Below, piece by piece: positions 18,604-27,959 of a DNA stretch of 64,000 nt. The stretch is from Armatimonadota bacterium (GTDB taxonomy: Bacteria; Armatimonadota; SYMT01): assembly GCA_041690135.1 (NCBI GenBank), contig JAWLHY010000013.1, positions 148,921 through 212,920 of the forward strand. Reading direction: 5' to 3'. The first letter of the stretch is position 1, and every line of letters begins with the position of its first letter. The position numbers were made by a program, and so were the translations under genes. Under the pieces are notes generated by a model. The model saw nothing but the letters and a program-made list of their open reading frames with translations. It was not told where the DNA came from and ran no database searches.

Positions 18604-19512
18604 ATGAAGTTTTTTCAGTTTGCAGTTGCCGGCCTTTGCTTGATGCTCATTTCCGCGGCGCGGCCCGCCGAAGCGAAGGTCGATGTGATGGCAGCCAACC
18701 AGGACCTCGCCTGGGTGGCAAAAACCATAGGCGGCAAGAACGTGAGCGTGGATTACCTGGCCAGCAGCAAACAGGACCCCCACCTCATCGATCCCCGGCC
18801 GAGTCAGGTAGTTCGCCTGTCCCGCACCGACCTAGTCGTCCGGATCGGCCTGGATCTCGATCTGTGGCTCGATTCGTTGATCCGCGCCGCCGGCAACTCC
18901 AAGATCGTCCAGGGAGCGCCGGGATATGTTGACTGCTCTCGGGGAGTGCGGTTGCTCCAGATTCCGCAGGGCAAGCTGGACCCGTCTCGCGGGGATCTGC
19001 ACATCTACGGAAACCCGCATTATTTCTTCGGCCCGTCCAACCTGTCCATCGTCGCCCGTAATGTCATGGACGGACTAAAACGGGTGGACGGCAAGAACGC
19101 GGCCGAATACGAAGCGAACTATAACGCCCTGGCGGCCCGTCTGAAGGAGGCACATGCGAAGTGGAAGGCCCGCCTGGCCGGCGAGAAAGGTAAGGCGGTG
19201 GTGGCCTATCACCAGTCGCTCATCTACTTCCTGACGGACTTCGGCATCCGGGAGTACGCCCAGGTGGAGCCGCGGCCGGGCCTGGAGCCGACTCCCGGCC
19301 ACATCTCCAGCGTGGCCAAGGCGATGAAGGCGGACGGCGTGAAGGTGATCCTTACGGAGAATTTCCGGCCGCGACGGTTTGCGGATCTCCTTTCCCGGCA
19401 GTCGGGAGCCAAAGTAGTGGTGGTGCCGGGCGGCATCGGCGCCGAAAAGGGTCTGGACGACTACTTCACCTTCATGGATGCCATGGTGGAGCGAGTGGCC
19501 GGCGCCCTGTAA
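18604..19512 (+). CDS. znuA: Zn/Mn ABC transporter substrate-binding protein (ZnuA/TroA-like)
   Basis: AGGAG RBS with ATG 18604; signal peptide; QDPH, GNPHY and YH ligand motifs; EPRPGLEPT. Confidence 0.88.
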   Translation: MKFFQFAVAGLCLMLISAARPAEAKVDVMAANQDLAWVAKTIGGKNVSVDYLASSKQDPHLIDPRPSQVVRLSRTDLVVRIGLDLDLWLDSLIRAAGNSKIVQGAPGYVDCSRGVRLLQIPQGKLDPSRGDLHIYGNPHYFFGPSNLSIVARNVMDGLKRVDGKNAAEYEANYNALAARLKEAHAKWKARLAGEKGKAVVAYHQSLIYFLTDFGIREYAQVEPRPGLEPTPGHISSVAKAMKADGVKVILTENFRPRRFADLLSRQSGAKVVVVPGGIGAEKGLDDYFTFMDAMVERVAGAL

Positions 19513-19648
19513 CCCGGAACCCATTCTCCCTTTCCAGAGTAGTGACCGATGTTGCTGCCGCCGGACCCCAGGGAGGTCTGGCGGTGGTCGGCATGGAAGA
19601 AGGGCTTCGGCCCTTCTTTCGGGCTTTCTGAACGAACATGGTTTGGTG

Positions 19649-20413
19649 ATGACGGCACTGGTGGAATTCCGCGACGCGCAGCTCGGTTACGGCCGTCGTG
19701 ATATCGTCCTGCGGGACATTAATCTGCGTATCCACTCCGGCGAATACTGGGGGATCGTGGGCCCGAACGGCTCGGGAAAAACCACACTGCTCCGGACGCT
19801 ACTTGGCCTGCTGCGGCCGGTCGCGGGGGAGGTGGTGGCGCAGCGAGAGGGCGCGCCGCTGCGGTTCGGCTACGTCCCGCAGCGCGAAACGGTGGATGCC
19901 CTCTTCCCCATCCCGGTGCTCGATATCGTCGTCATGGGCCGCTACGGGCGCATCGGCGTGGCGAAACGGCCGGGCAAGCGGGATCGGGAGATTGCCCGTG
20001 AATGTCTGGATCACGTGGGCATCGGTAATCTCGCGCACCGCAATTACCCGGAGCTTTCCGGCGGGCAGCGCCAGCGGGTACTGATCGCGCGAGCCCTGGC
20101 CACGGAGCCGGATCTCCTCGTTCTGGATGAGCCGACCCATGGGATGGATATGCCCAGCGAGCACGGCCTGCTGGAACTGGTCCGCTCGCTCCACACGCAG
20201 CGCGGCCTCACGGTGGTGCTGGTATCGCACCTGCTCGGCAGCGTCGCCGACAGCACCGACCGGATCGCCATCATCGCCCACGGCTCCCTGGAAGCGGGCA
20301 CCCGCGAGGAGATGCTCACCGCCCAGCGGCTCTCCCGGCTCTATGACATGGAAGTGAAGGTTCACCAGATCGACGGCCGATTCGCGGTGATGCCGGGGAA
20401 CGGCGCGCCATGA
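19649..20413 (+). CDS. znuC: Metal ABC transporter ATP-binding protein
   Basis: GPNGSGKT, GYVPQ, LSGGQRQR, LVLDEPT, VSH. Confidence 0.9.
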   Translation: MTALVEFRDAQLGYGRRDIVLRDINLRIHSGEYWGIVGPNGSGKTTLLRTLLGLLRPVAGEVVAQREGAPLRFGYVPQRETVDALFPIPVLDIVVMGRYGRIGVAKRPGKRDREIARECLDHVGIGNLAHRNYPELSGGQRQRVLIARALATEPDLLVLDEPTHGMDMPSEHGLLELVRSLHTQRGLTVVLVSHLLGSVADSTDRIAIIAHGSLEAGTREEMLTAQRLSRLYDMEVKVHQIDGRFAVMPGNGAP

Positions 20414-21300
20414 GTACCGTTCTCGAAATGCTGCAAGAGGGGTTCGTCCAGGACGCGCTCAAGGCGGCGCTCATGGTCGCCCTGATCTGCTCGTACCTCG
20501 GCGTGTTCGTGGTCCTCAAGCGCATCGTCTTTGTGGGTGCGGCCCTCTCGGAGACGGCCTCCCTGGGGGCCGCGCTGGCCTTCTTCCCCCCGATCGTCAC
20601 GGTTTTCGACCAGGTGGTGGAAGCGGCGCCGGCTTTCGAGCCGCTGCGGCACTACAAGCCGCTGGTTTTCGCCCTGACGCTGATGCTCCTCTCCGTGGCC
20701 TTCTTCTCGCAGCAGCGACTGGGCCGGAGGCTGCCGCGGGAGGCGATCATCGGGGTGGTCTTCGCCGGGGCGATCGGGCTCACCCTCCTGGCCCGGAGCC
20801 AGGTGCCCGCCCACGCCGAGCACGAAATGGACGCGCTCATCGGCAACATCCTGGGCGTGGAACCGCTGGAGTTGACGGAGCTGGCTGTCGCCTCCGTGGT
20901 GATCGGCTTACTGCAGATCATTTTCTATAAGGAGTTCGTGCTCGTCTCGTTCGACCCCGAGGTAGCGCGCACTCTCGGCTACCGCGCCCACCGGTGGGAA
21001 CTCCTCTGGTACCTCAGCCTGGGGGTGATGATCGCTGTATCCATTCACGTGGCCGGCACGATCCTGGTGTTCGCCTACCTGGTGATGCCCGCGACGGCGG
21101 CACTGATGCTCTCCCGCCGGATGGGCGTGGTGCTGCTGCTCGCGGTGCTGGTCGGCGTCGCCTCGACCCTGGCGGGGGTGCTGCTCTCCATCTCCCCCGC
21201 CGACCTCCCCACCAGCCCCGCCATCGTAGGCTGTATGGTCCTCCACGTGGCTGCCGCGTGGCTGCTGCGGGGGGTTATCGGGAGGAAGAAGGCTGACTGA
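20410..21300 (+). CDS. znuB: Metal ABC transporter permease (ABC-3 family)
   Basis: LGVFVVLKRIVF.GAALSE, YKEFVLVSFDPEVA, multiple TM helices; ATGA overlap with the upstream gene. Confidence 0.9.
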   Translation: MSTVLEMLQEGFVQDALKAALMVALICSYLGVFVVLKRIVFVGAALSETASLGAALAFFPPIVTVFDQVVEAAPAFEPLRHYKPLVFALTLMLLSVAFFSQQRLGRRLPREAIIGVVFAGAIGLTLLARSQVPAHAEHEMDALIGNILGVEPLELTELAVASVVIGLLQIIFYKEFVLVSFDPEVARTLGYRAHRWELLWYLSLGVMIAVSIHVAGTILVFAYLVMPATAALMLSRRMGVVLLLAVLVGVASTLAGVLLSISPADLPTSPAIVGCMVLHVAAAWLLRGVIGRKKAD

Positions 21301-21568
21301 GCTCCAGTCAAGTAGCTGGCGACTCAAGTCGCCAGTTGAAACTGCGCAAAGTCGGCACCCCCTCGGGGCGTAAACCTTCGCCGACTCCCCCACTTTCATA
21401 ACGGTTGGGCTGATTCGGCCAGAGCATCAGGCAGGAGCGTTCCGTTGGCGCGGACTTGATCGGGTGTTGTCAGCAACTGTAAATCGCATTGGCTGTGAGA
21501 CCAAAACTTTCTCCTCCGGCATCCGTTTAGATAAGCGGTCTATCGTCGCCCGGACAGGAGGAAGCTTG

Positions 21569-24100
21569 ATGTTCAATCGCTCGGCTTTCGAAAACTCCCG
21601 CCCCGCCGGGATCCCTACGCTCGAGATCACCACTACGGGACCGTTTCCCGAGGCGGGAGTTCGCCGGTTCATCCCGCTTCAGAAGACGGTTCTCGAGGGA
21701 GAAATCGCGGGACCGCTGGCCTCCCTCACGCTGACGCAGGTCTTCGCGTTTACGAAGGAAGACCTGCCCCGCCCCGTTGAGGCCGTCTATCGGTTTCCGC
21801 TGCCCGGCGATGCCGCCGTGATCCAGGTCTGCGTGACGTTCGGTGAGGTGCGCATCGAGGCCGCGCTGCGGGAGCGCCCCGAGGCGGAAGCGGAATACGA
21901 TCGCGCTCGTGGCGAAGGGCGGCAGGCTGCCCTCGCCACCCGGGAGTCGCCGGATGTCTTCACTCTGCAGGTAGCCGGTATCGCACCGGGACAGGAAGTC
22001 CGGGTCGAGACGCGCTTCGTGCTCCTGGCCCATCCGGAGGGTGACGGATGGTCGCTGCGGGTTCCGCTGACGGCGGCCCCGCGCTACGTCCGCGCGGACG
22101 AACTCGGCTCCCGGCACGCGGAGGGCCAGCCCCTGGCCCTCCTCCGGGACCCCGGGCACCGGTTCGGCCTCAACCTATCCCTGCGCCACACCGAGGGCAT
22201 CGCTTCCCGGACACACCGTCTCACCTTTACTCCGGACGAAGATGCGACCCGCGTGGCATTAGCCGATGGTGAAGTGATCCCGGACCGGGACTTCGTGCTG
22301 ACCTGGACCGGCACGCGGGAGGAAACGCGCCCTACTCTGCGCGTAGAACTCCATCCCGATCCGGCGGAGGACCGGCTCTATTTCATGGGCCTGGTCACGC
22401 CACCCCGCCGGGCCGACCAGGTCACGCCCGATCCGCGAGAAATCCTCATCCTGGTGGACCACTCCGGGTCGATGAGTGGAGCCAAGTGGGAAGCGGCCGA
22501 TTGGGCCGTCAAGTCGTTCCTTTCCACCCTGACGGAGCGTGACCGCTTCAACCTGGGCCTCTTTCACGACAAGACGCGGTGGTACTCTCGGTCTCCCGTT
22601 CCGGCCACGCCTCAGCAGGTGGAGGCAGCCGTCGAGTTCCTGATGAAGCACCGGGACTCCGGAGGCACGGAACTGGGGGTTGCCCTGGAACAGTCGCTCA
22701 AACAGTCCAGGTCCGAGGACCCGGCGGCCCGGCACGTCCTGATCGTAACCGATGCCCAGGTGTCGGACAGCGCCCGCCTGCTCCGGCTCGTCTCCGCGGA
22801 GGCCAACCGGCCCGACCGCCGGCGGGTGAGCGTGATCTGCATCGATGCCTCTCCCAACTCATTATTGGTGCGAGAGCTTGCCGCGCGCGGTGGCGGTCAG
22901 ACCCACTTCCTCACCAGCTCTGCGGAAGAAGGCGACATCACCACCGCTCTCGATGAGTTGCTCATCAGTTGGTCCGCCCCGATCTTCACCGGCTTGCGGC
23001 TGGAAGTCGATGCGACCGCGGTAGAGACTCCTGAGGGTCCGGGGCACGAAACCGGAAACGGGTCCACCTGCATCGACCTGGGTGAGCTCCCGGCGGAGCG
23101 CCCTGTGTGGGTTGCCGGCAGGGCGCCTGCTTCCCGCCTGGACCAGCTCCGGCTCCGGTTGAGCGCAGATGGCCAGCCGGTGGCGACATGCCGGATGCCG
23201 ATCGGCTCGCGCTCGCTCCCGGCGGTAAAGACTCTGTTCGGCGCTCGCCGGGTGCTTGCCCTGGAATACCTGGCGGAAGCGCGCTATTCCGCGCCGGAGC
23301 TGGCGGCGGAGCTCCGCCGGCTCGGCTATTCTGAAGCCGAGATCGGTGGGGAGTCGGATGCGGGTTCCCTGTATTCGGAGAACCGCGGCGCTGCGGGGCG
23401 CGATGCCCTGCGTCCCCTGCTCGTGCGAGAAGCGCTTGCGTGCGGTATCGCTTCCGCGGAGACAGCGTTCGTTGCGACCCGCGCCGAAGCCGGAGAACCG
23501 ATCTCTGGGACGGTTTACGTAGCCAACGCCCTGCCGGAGGGCTGGTCCGACGACTTCGTGGGAGGAGCGATGTACGGCGCGGCTTTCGCGGCGGCGCCGC
23601 CATCTGCCCTGGCGGGTCCCCCGCTTGCCAGCAGCAGCCGCAGCATCGATGCCATGAGCGGTGCGTTTGATCTCGGCGGTTCCGGTGTCTTCGAACGCGT
23701 CGGGCGGATCAAGTATAAGAAGGTCGCCGAGCCACAGTCGGAAGAGGAGCCCCTTCTCTTGTTCGCGGGCTGCCCACACTTCCAGGCTGGAGAAGCGGTG
23801 CTCTACGATTCCGAGGCTGAGAACAGTCCCCGGATTGGCTCGCGACTACAGCGCCTCTGGCTCCGGCTCCTGACGGCGCCAGCAGAACCACAGCAGGTTC
23901 CGCGCGACCTGATGCTCCTGGTGTATGTCGGCGACCATTCGGTCCCTCGGGCGAAGGTCGCGGTCCGCGCGTTGCTGTCGCAAGGGGCGAGGCCGCTGAA
24001 CCTCACGGTTCGTCCCGGAGAGCAAGTGCGCCTGGTGTTGGTCGACCCCTCCGCGGCCTGGGGTGGTTGCCCTCCGAAGATCGAGGTGCGCATCCAGTAA
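21569..24100 (+). CDS. VIT and vWA domain-containing protein
   Basis: EAVYRFPLPGDAAV (VIT); MIDAS DHSGSM, GGTEL, VTDAQV; AGGAGG RBS. Confidence 0.88.
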   Translation: MFNRSAFENSRPAGIPTLEITTTGPFPEAGVRRFIPLQKTVLEGEIAGPLASLTLTQVFAFTKEDLPRPVEAVYRFPLPGDAAVIQVCVTFGEVRIEAALRERPEAEAEYDRARGEGRQAALATRESPDVFTLQVAGIAPGQEVRVETRFVLLAHPEGDGWSLRVPLTAAPRYVRADELGSRHAEGQPLALLRDPGHRFGLNLSLRHTEGIASRTHRLTFTPDEDATRVALADGEVIPDRDFVLTWTGTREETRPTLRVELHPDPAEDRLYFMGLVTPPRRADQVTPDPREILILVDHSGSMSGAKWEAADWAVKSFLSTLTERDRFNLGLFHDKTRWYSRSPVPATPQQVEAAVEFLMKHRDSGGTELGVALEQSLKQSRSEDPAARHVLIVTDAQVSDSARLLRLVSAEANRPDRRRVSVICIDASPNSLLVRELAARGGGQTHFLTSSAEEGDITTALDELLISWSAPIFTGLRLEVDATAVETPEGPGHETGNGSTCIDLGELPAERPVWVAGRAPASRLDQLRLRLSADGQPVATCRMPIGSRSLPAVKTLFGARRVLALEYLAEARYSAPELAAELRRLGYSEAEIGGESDAGSLYSENRGAAGRDALRPLLVREALACGIASAETAFVATRAEAGEPISGTVYVANALPEGWSDDFVGGAMYGAAFAAAPPSALAGPPLASSSRSIDAMSGAFDLGGSGVFERVGRIKYKKVAEPQSEEEPLLLFAGCPHFQAGEAVLYDSEAENSPRIGSRLQRLWLRLLTAPAEPQQVPRDLMLLVYVGDHSVPRAKVAVRALLSQGARPLNLTVRPGEQVRLVLVDPSAAWGGCPPKIEVRIQ

Positions 24101-24474
24101 GCCGGGTACCTTTTGAACTCGTCCAGACCTGCTCGCGGCCCGCGTCCCGGCAATATGCCGGTACGTGGGCCGCCGCTGTTTGCTTTCCACTGCAACCGGA
24201 TGGGCGCTCATCATTCTAGCCGTTCGGCTGCCGGACCCCATATCGTCAACTTAGTAAGAACGATTGAGATAATCCGTTTCACCCTGGCCTATCTGTGGCA
24301 TGGGGAGGGCGGAGGCGGTAAAGGGCCGATTAACATCCCCATACCACCGCTCCTTCCAAACACTCCCCCGGTTCGGCCCGACGAACCTGCCATGCACTTG
24401 TGGTGGGACTGGCGGCAAGCTCTAAGTAAGAGCACGGAAATGGGGAAGTGTCGCGACCTACGGCAGGAAGAAGT

Positions 24475-24708
24475 ATGACGGATCAAGTTCAACAGGTTTT
24501 CGCGTCCGTTCTGAAGGTGGAGCCCGCTTCGCTTACGGACCACAGCACGCCGGAAAACACCCCCAACTGGGACAGTCTCAACGCGATGCGATTGGTGTCG
24601 GCCATCGAGGAGACATTCAAAGTCGAGTTGACGACCCGCGAAATCGTAAAGATGCGCAGTCTGGCGATTGTGCGCGAAGTCCTACGGAAGAAGGGTGTCC
24701 ATGTCTGA
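24475..24708 (+). CDS. Acyl carrier protein
   Basis: 77 aa; WDSL phosphopantetheine motif; stop overlaps the FkbH start. Confidence 0.88.
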   Translation: MTDQVQQVFASVLKVEPASLTDHSTPENTPNWDSLNAMRLVSAIEETFKVELTTREIVKMRSLAIVREVLRKKGVHV

Positions 24709-26569
24709 GCGGTTCGCGAGTCTGGTCGAGGCGGCTCGGTCTGCCACGACCCCTTTGGAAAGCCGCACCTGCTGGCAGGAGTGCAGTCTCCTATTCGAGT
24801 CGACCGCACCGCGGATGATGCGGGTGGCGCTCTGCGGCACGTTCACCACCGAGCAATTGGAGCCCTACGTGGGACTGGCGCTGCTCAAGCACCGGATCGC
24901 GGCGCAGATTCAGCACTCGCCGTTCAACCAGGTGTACCAGGAGTTGTTGTCCCCTGGTTCGACGCTCCGTCGCTCGCCGGCGCCGGATGTGGTGGTGCTG
25001 CTGTGGCGCATGGAAGAACTGCTGGCGGAAGCGCTGCAGGTTCTCTCCCAGGACCCGGTGGCGGCTCGCGAGACGGCCGAACGGGAGTTGACGCAGTTCA
25101 TGCAATGCCTGCGCGTGTTTCTGGACCAATCCTCGGCCAGCGTGATCGTTTCGAACCCGCCGCGTCCATCAGTGCGGCCCCTCGGATTGATCGATGCCCG
25201 GCTGGACGAAGGAGTCGCGGCCCTTCATGCCGAGGTGCTGTCGATGTGGCGCCGCCTGGTCAACGCGGAGCCGCGTCTCCACATGCTCGACCTGGACGGC
25301 GCGCAGCGGGACTTTGGGGCCAGGGCCGCCGCCAATCCCAAGATGTGGCTGCTGGCCCGCATGCCGTGGTCGGAGCCGTTCTGTCTGGAAGTGGCCGCCC
25401 AGGCCGCTCGCGTCGTGAGGGCGCTGGTCACGCCGCCCCGCAAGGTCCTGGTAATGGACTGCGACAATACCCTCTGGGGTGGTGTGGTCGGCGAAGACGG
25501 GCCACTGGGCGTGGACGTGGGTGAAGACGCACCCGGCAATGCCCATGCCGAACTGCAGCGGTATGCGCTGGCCCTCCGGCAACAAGGGATTCTGCTGGCC
25601 ATCGTCAGCAAGAACAATGAGATGGATGCCTGGGAAGTCTTCGACCGTCACCCGGGGATGGTGTTGAAGCGGGAACACCTTGCCTCCTGGCGGATCAACT
25701 GGCTGCCGAAGGCGCAAAACCTGCGCTCGATCGCCGAGGAGCTCAAGCTCGGCTCGGACAGCCTGGTGTTCATCGACGACAGCCCGGCGGAGTGCGCCGA
25801 GGTGCGGGCGAACGCCCCGGAGGTGTTGACGATCCATCTCGACTGCGATCCCTCCCGGTTCGTCGAGCGCCTGGAAGAGGCGTGCGCATTCGACCGACTC
25901 AGCCTGACGAGGGAGGACGTCAAGCGCGCCGAGATGTACTCGCAGGAGCGCCAGCGGGAAACGCTCCGCGCGAGCGCGACCTCGATGGAGGACTACCTCG
26001 CAGGGCTCGATCTCACGGTGCGGATCGAACGGGTGGGCGAAGAGCACCTGCAACGGGTTACCCAACTCGTCAACAAGACCAACCAGTTCAACATGACGAC
26101 CATCCGCCGGACGGAGGCGGAAATCCGCGCCCTCTGGCAGGACCCGAGCTGGCATCTCTTCGCGGTGTGGGTGAGCGACCGGTTCGGCGATTATGGCCTC
26201 ACCGCCGTTTCCATCTGCCAGTCCCGAGGGCCGGAGTGGTTCCTCGATACCTTCCTGATGAGCTGTCGCGTGCTGGCCCGCGGGGTGGAAACGAGCCACC
26301 TGGCCTGCCTGGTGGCCGCCGCAGGAGCGGATGGTAAGGGGAAACTGCGCGGCCAGTACCTTCCCAGCGCGAAGAATGCGATGGCCGCGGATGTCTACCG
26401 GAACCACGGCTTCGAGGACCTGGGGGATGGTTGGTTCGCGCGCTCGACGGATGCGCCGATCCTGGTTCCGTCTCACCTCCGGTTGGAGGGCTCCGCGGTG
26501 GTGGGTCTCGACCTCCGTCGTGCTCCGGCCCGTGTGCCGGAAGCCCAAGCCCTACGCCCAGCAGCCTGA
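24701..26569 (+). CDS. FkbH-like HAD-IIIC phosphatase/glyceryl transferase
   Basis: DCDNTLWGG, SKN, INWLPK, FIDDSPAEC, KTNQFN, DRFGDYG, MSCRVL.RGVE. Confidence 0.93.
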   Translation: MSERFASLVEAARSATTPLESRTCWQECSLLFESTAPRMMRVALCGTFTTEQLEPYVGLALLKHRIAAQIQHSPFNQVYQELLSPGSTLRRSPAPDVVVLLWRMEELLAEALQVLSQDPVAARETAERELTQFMQCLRVFLDQSSASVIVSNPPRPSVRPLGLIDARLDEGVAALHAEVLSMWRRLVNAEPRLHMLDLDGAQRDFGARAAANPKMWLLARMPWSEPFCLEVAAQAARVVRALVTPPRKVLVMDCDNTLWGGVVGEDGPLGVDVGEDAPGNAHAELQRYALALRQQGILLAIVSKNNEMDAWEVFDRHPGMVLKREHLASWRINWLPKAQNLRSIAEELKLGSDSLVFIDDSPAECAEVRANAPEVLTIHLDCDPSRFVERLEEACAFDRLSLTREDVKRAEMYSQERQRETLRASATSMEDYLAGLDLTVRIERVGEEHLQRVTQLVNKTNQFNMTTIRRTEAEIRALWQDPSWHLFAVWVSDRFGDYGLTAVSICQSRGPEWFLDTFLMSCRVLARGVETSHLACLVAAAGADGKGKLRGQYLPSAKNAMAADVYRNHGFEDLGDGWFARSTDAPILVPSHLRLEGSAVVGLDLRRAPARVPEAQALRPAA

Positions 26570-26585
26570 ATTAGGGGGTATCCAT

Positions 26586-27947
26586 ATGACCATGCTGCGT
26601 GAACTCGCGGAGTGGTTTGGGTCGCACAACCCGTTGCTGCAGGCGCTGGCCTTACTGCCGCTGATGTTGTGCTACTGGGGAGCCGCAGCGGCGGTAGCGG
26701 CGCTTCCCGGCGCGAAAGCCGGCGTCCCCAACGCCACCGTCAAAGCGCCCCCGCCGGTCCGGTTTCTGCGACGCTGGCTGCTGCCCCCCTATGGGGCGGC
26801 CGCGGCGCGACAGTTCGTGATGCTGTCGACATCGCTGCTGTTTCTCTTCTACATGACCCGGAGCCCCGCCCAGATAGCCGGTCTCCTGGCGATTGGCACC
26901 TTCTCCTTCGGAGTCGCCTGCCTCATCGACCGGACGAAAGGGCCGGGAAAACGGGGCTGGCTGCTGGTGGGCCTGGCGATCACTCTCGGGTGGCTGATCG
27001 GGTTCAAGTACCTGGAGTTGATCTCGCAGGGCCTCAATGCGGCCCTGGCTGGCATGGGACGCGGGGAGATCAGCCTTCCCAAGCTCTTCGTGCCGTTGGG
27101 CATCTCCTATTACGTGTTCCGGATGATCTCTTACCAGGTGGAGGTGTACTGGGAAGAAGCTCCACGGGTTAGCCTGCTGGAGTACCTCCATTACCTGGCG
27201 TTCTTCCCCACCCTGGTAGCGGGACCGATCGAGCGGATCGGCCCGTTCCACGAACAGGACCAGAAGGCGAAGTTCTCGGCGGAGGATACGGAGGCCGGGC
27301 TCCGGCGGATGGTCCTGGGGATCGGCAAGAAGGTGCTGCTGGCCGATCTGGTGGGCGGTCTCGTGCTGGGCTGGCCCATTGGACATCCGGACACTCCCAT
27401 ATGGATGGGACCCGTGGTGTTCTACATGTTCTGGTGGCGGCTCTACTGGGACTTCTCGGGCTATTCCGATATCGCGATCGGCGCGGCCCGGCTGTTCGGC
27501 TACCGGATCGTGGAGAACTTCGACCGGCCGTTCCTCGCCGTGAACATCCAGGACTTCTGGCAGCGGTGGCACATCTCACTCTCGTTCTGGATCCGGGACT
27601 ACCTGTATTACCCGCTCGTGACGATGCGGCAGGGACGGAAGTGGGGCGCGAACTGGACCTACCTCGCCTTGGTGGTGAGCATGGGGCTCTGCGGCCTCTG
27701 GCACGGAGCGAGCGTGCAGTTCCTCTATTGGGGCCTGTATCACGGGCTGGGCCTGGCCGGGCTTGCCGCCTACCAGGAGTTCAAACGCCGACGCCTGGCG
27801 AGCTGGACCTGGCTGGAAGCCCCCGCCGTCCGCTGGTTGAATGTGTTTCTCACCTTCAACTTTGTCACGGTCGGTCACTGGCTCTTCCTGCAAACAGGAT
27901 GGCTGGTTCCCCATGCGTGGATGAGGGGCCTGTTGGGCTGGGGCTAG
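26586..27947 (+). CDS. MBOAT family O-acyltransferase (DltB/AlgI-like)
   Basis: PLGISYYVF, FFPTLVAGPI, DFSGYSDIAIG, ENFDRP, FWQRWHISLSFW, GLWHG. Confidence 0.93.
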   Translation: MTMLRELAEWFGSHNPLLQALALLPLMLCYWGAAAAVAALPGAKAGVPNATVKAPPPVRFLRRWLLPPYGAAAARQFVMLSTSLLFLFYMTRSPAQIAGLLAIGTFSFGVACLIDRTKGPGKRGWLLVGLAITLGWLIGFKYLELISQGLNAALAGMGRGEISLPKLFVPLGISYYVFRMISYQVEVYWEEAPRVSLLEYLHYLAFFPTLVAGPIERIGPFHEQDQKAKFSAEDTEAGLRRMVLGIGKKVLLADLVGGLVLGWPIGHPDTPIWMGPVVFYMFWWRLYWDFSGYSDIAIGAARLFGYRIVENFDRPFLAVNIQDFWQRWHISLSFWIRDYLYYPLVTMRQGRKWGANWTYLALVVSMGLCGLWHGASVQFLYWGLYHGLGLAGLAAYQEFKRRRLASWTWLEAPAVRWLNVFLTFNFVTVGHWLFLQTGWLVPHAWMRGLLGWG

Positions 27948-27959
27948 GCAGAGGAGTGG

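Noticed and set aside
24475-26569. ACP plus FkbH as part of a polyketide or tetronate biosynthetic cluster
   Set aside because: No KS, AT, NRPS, FabH-like or dehydrogenase genes are adjacent; the context is MBOAT/SGNH
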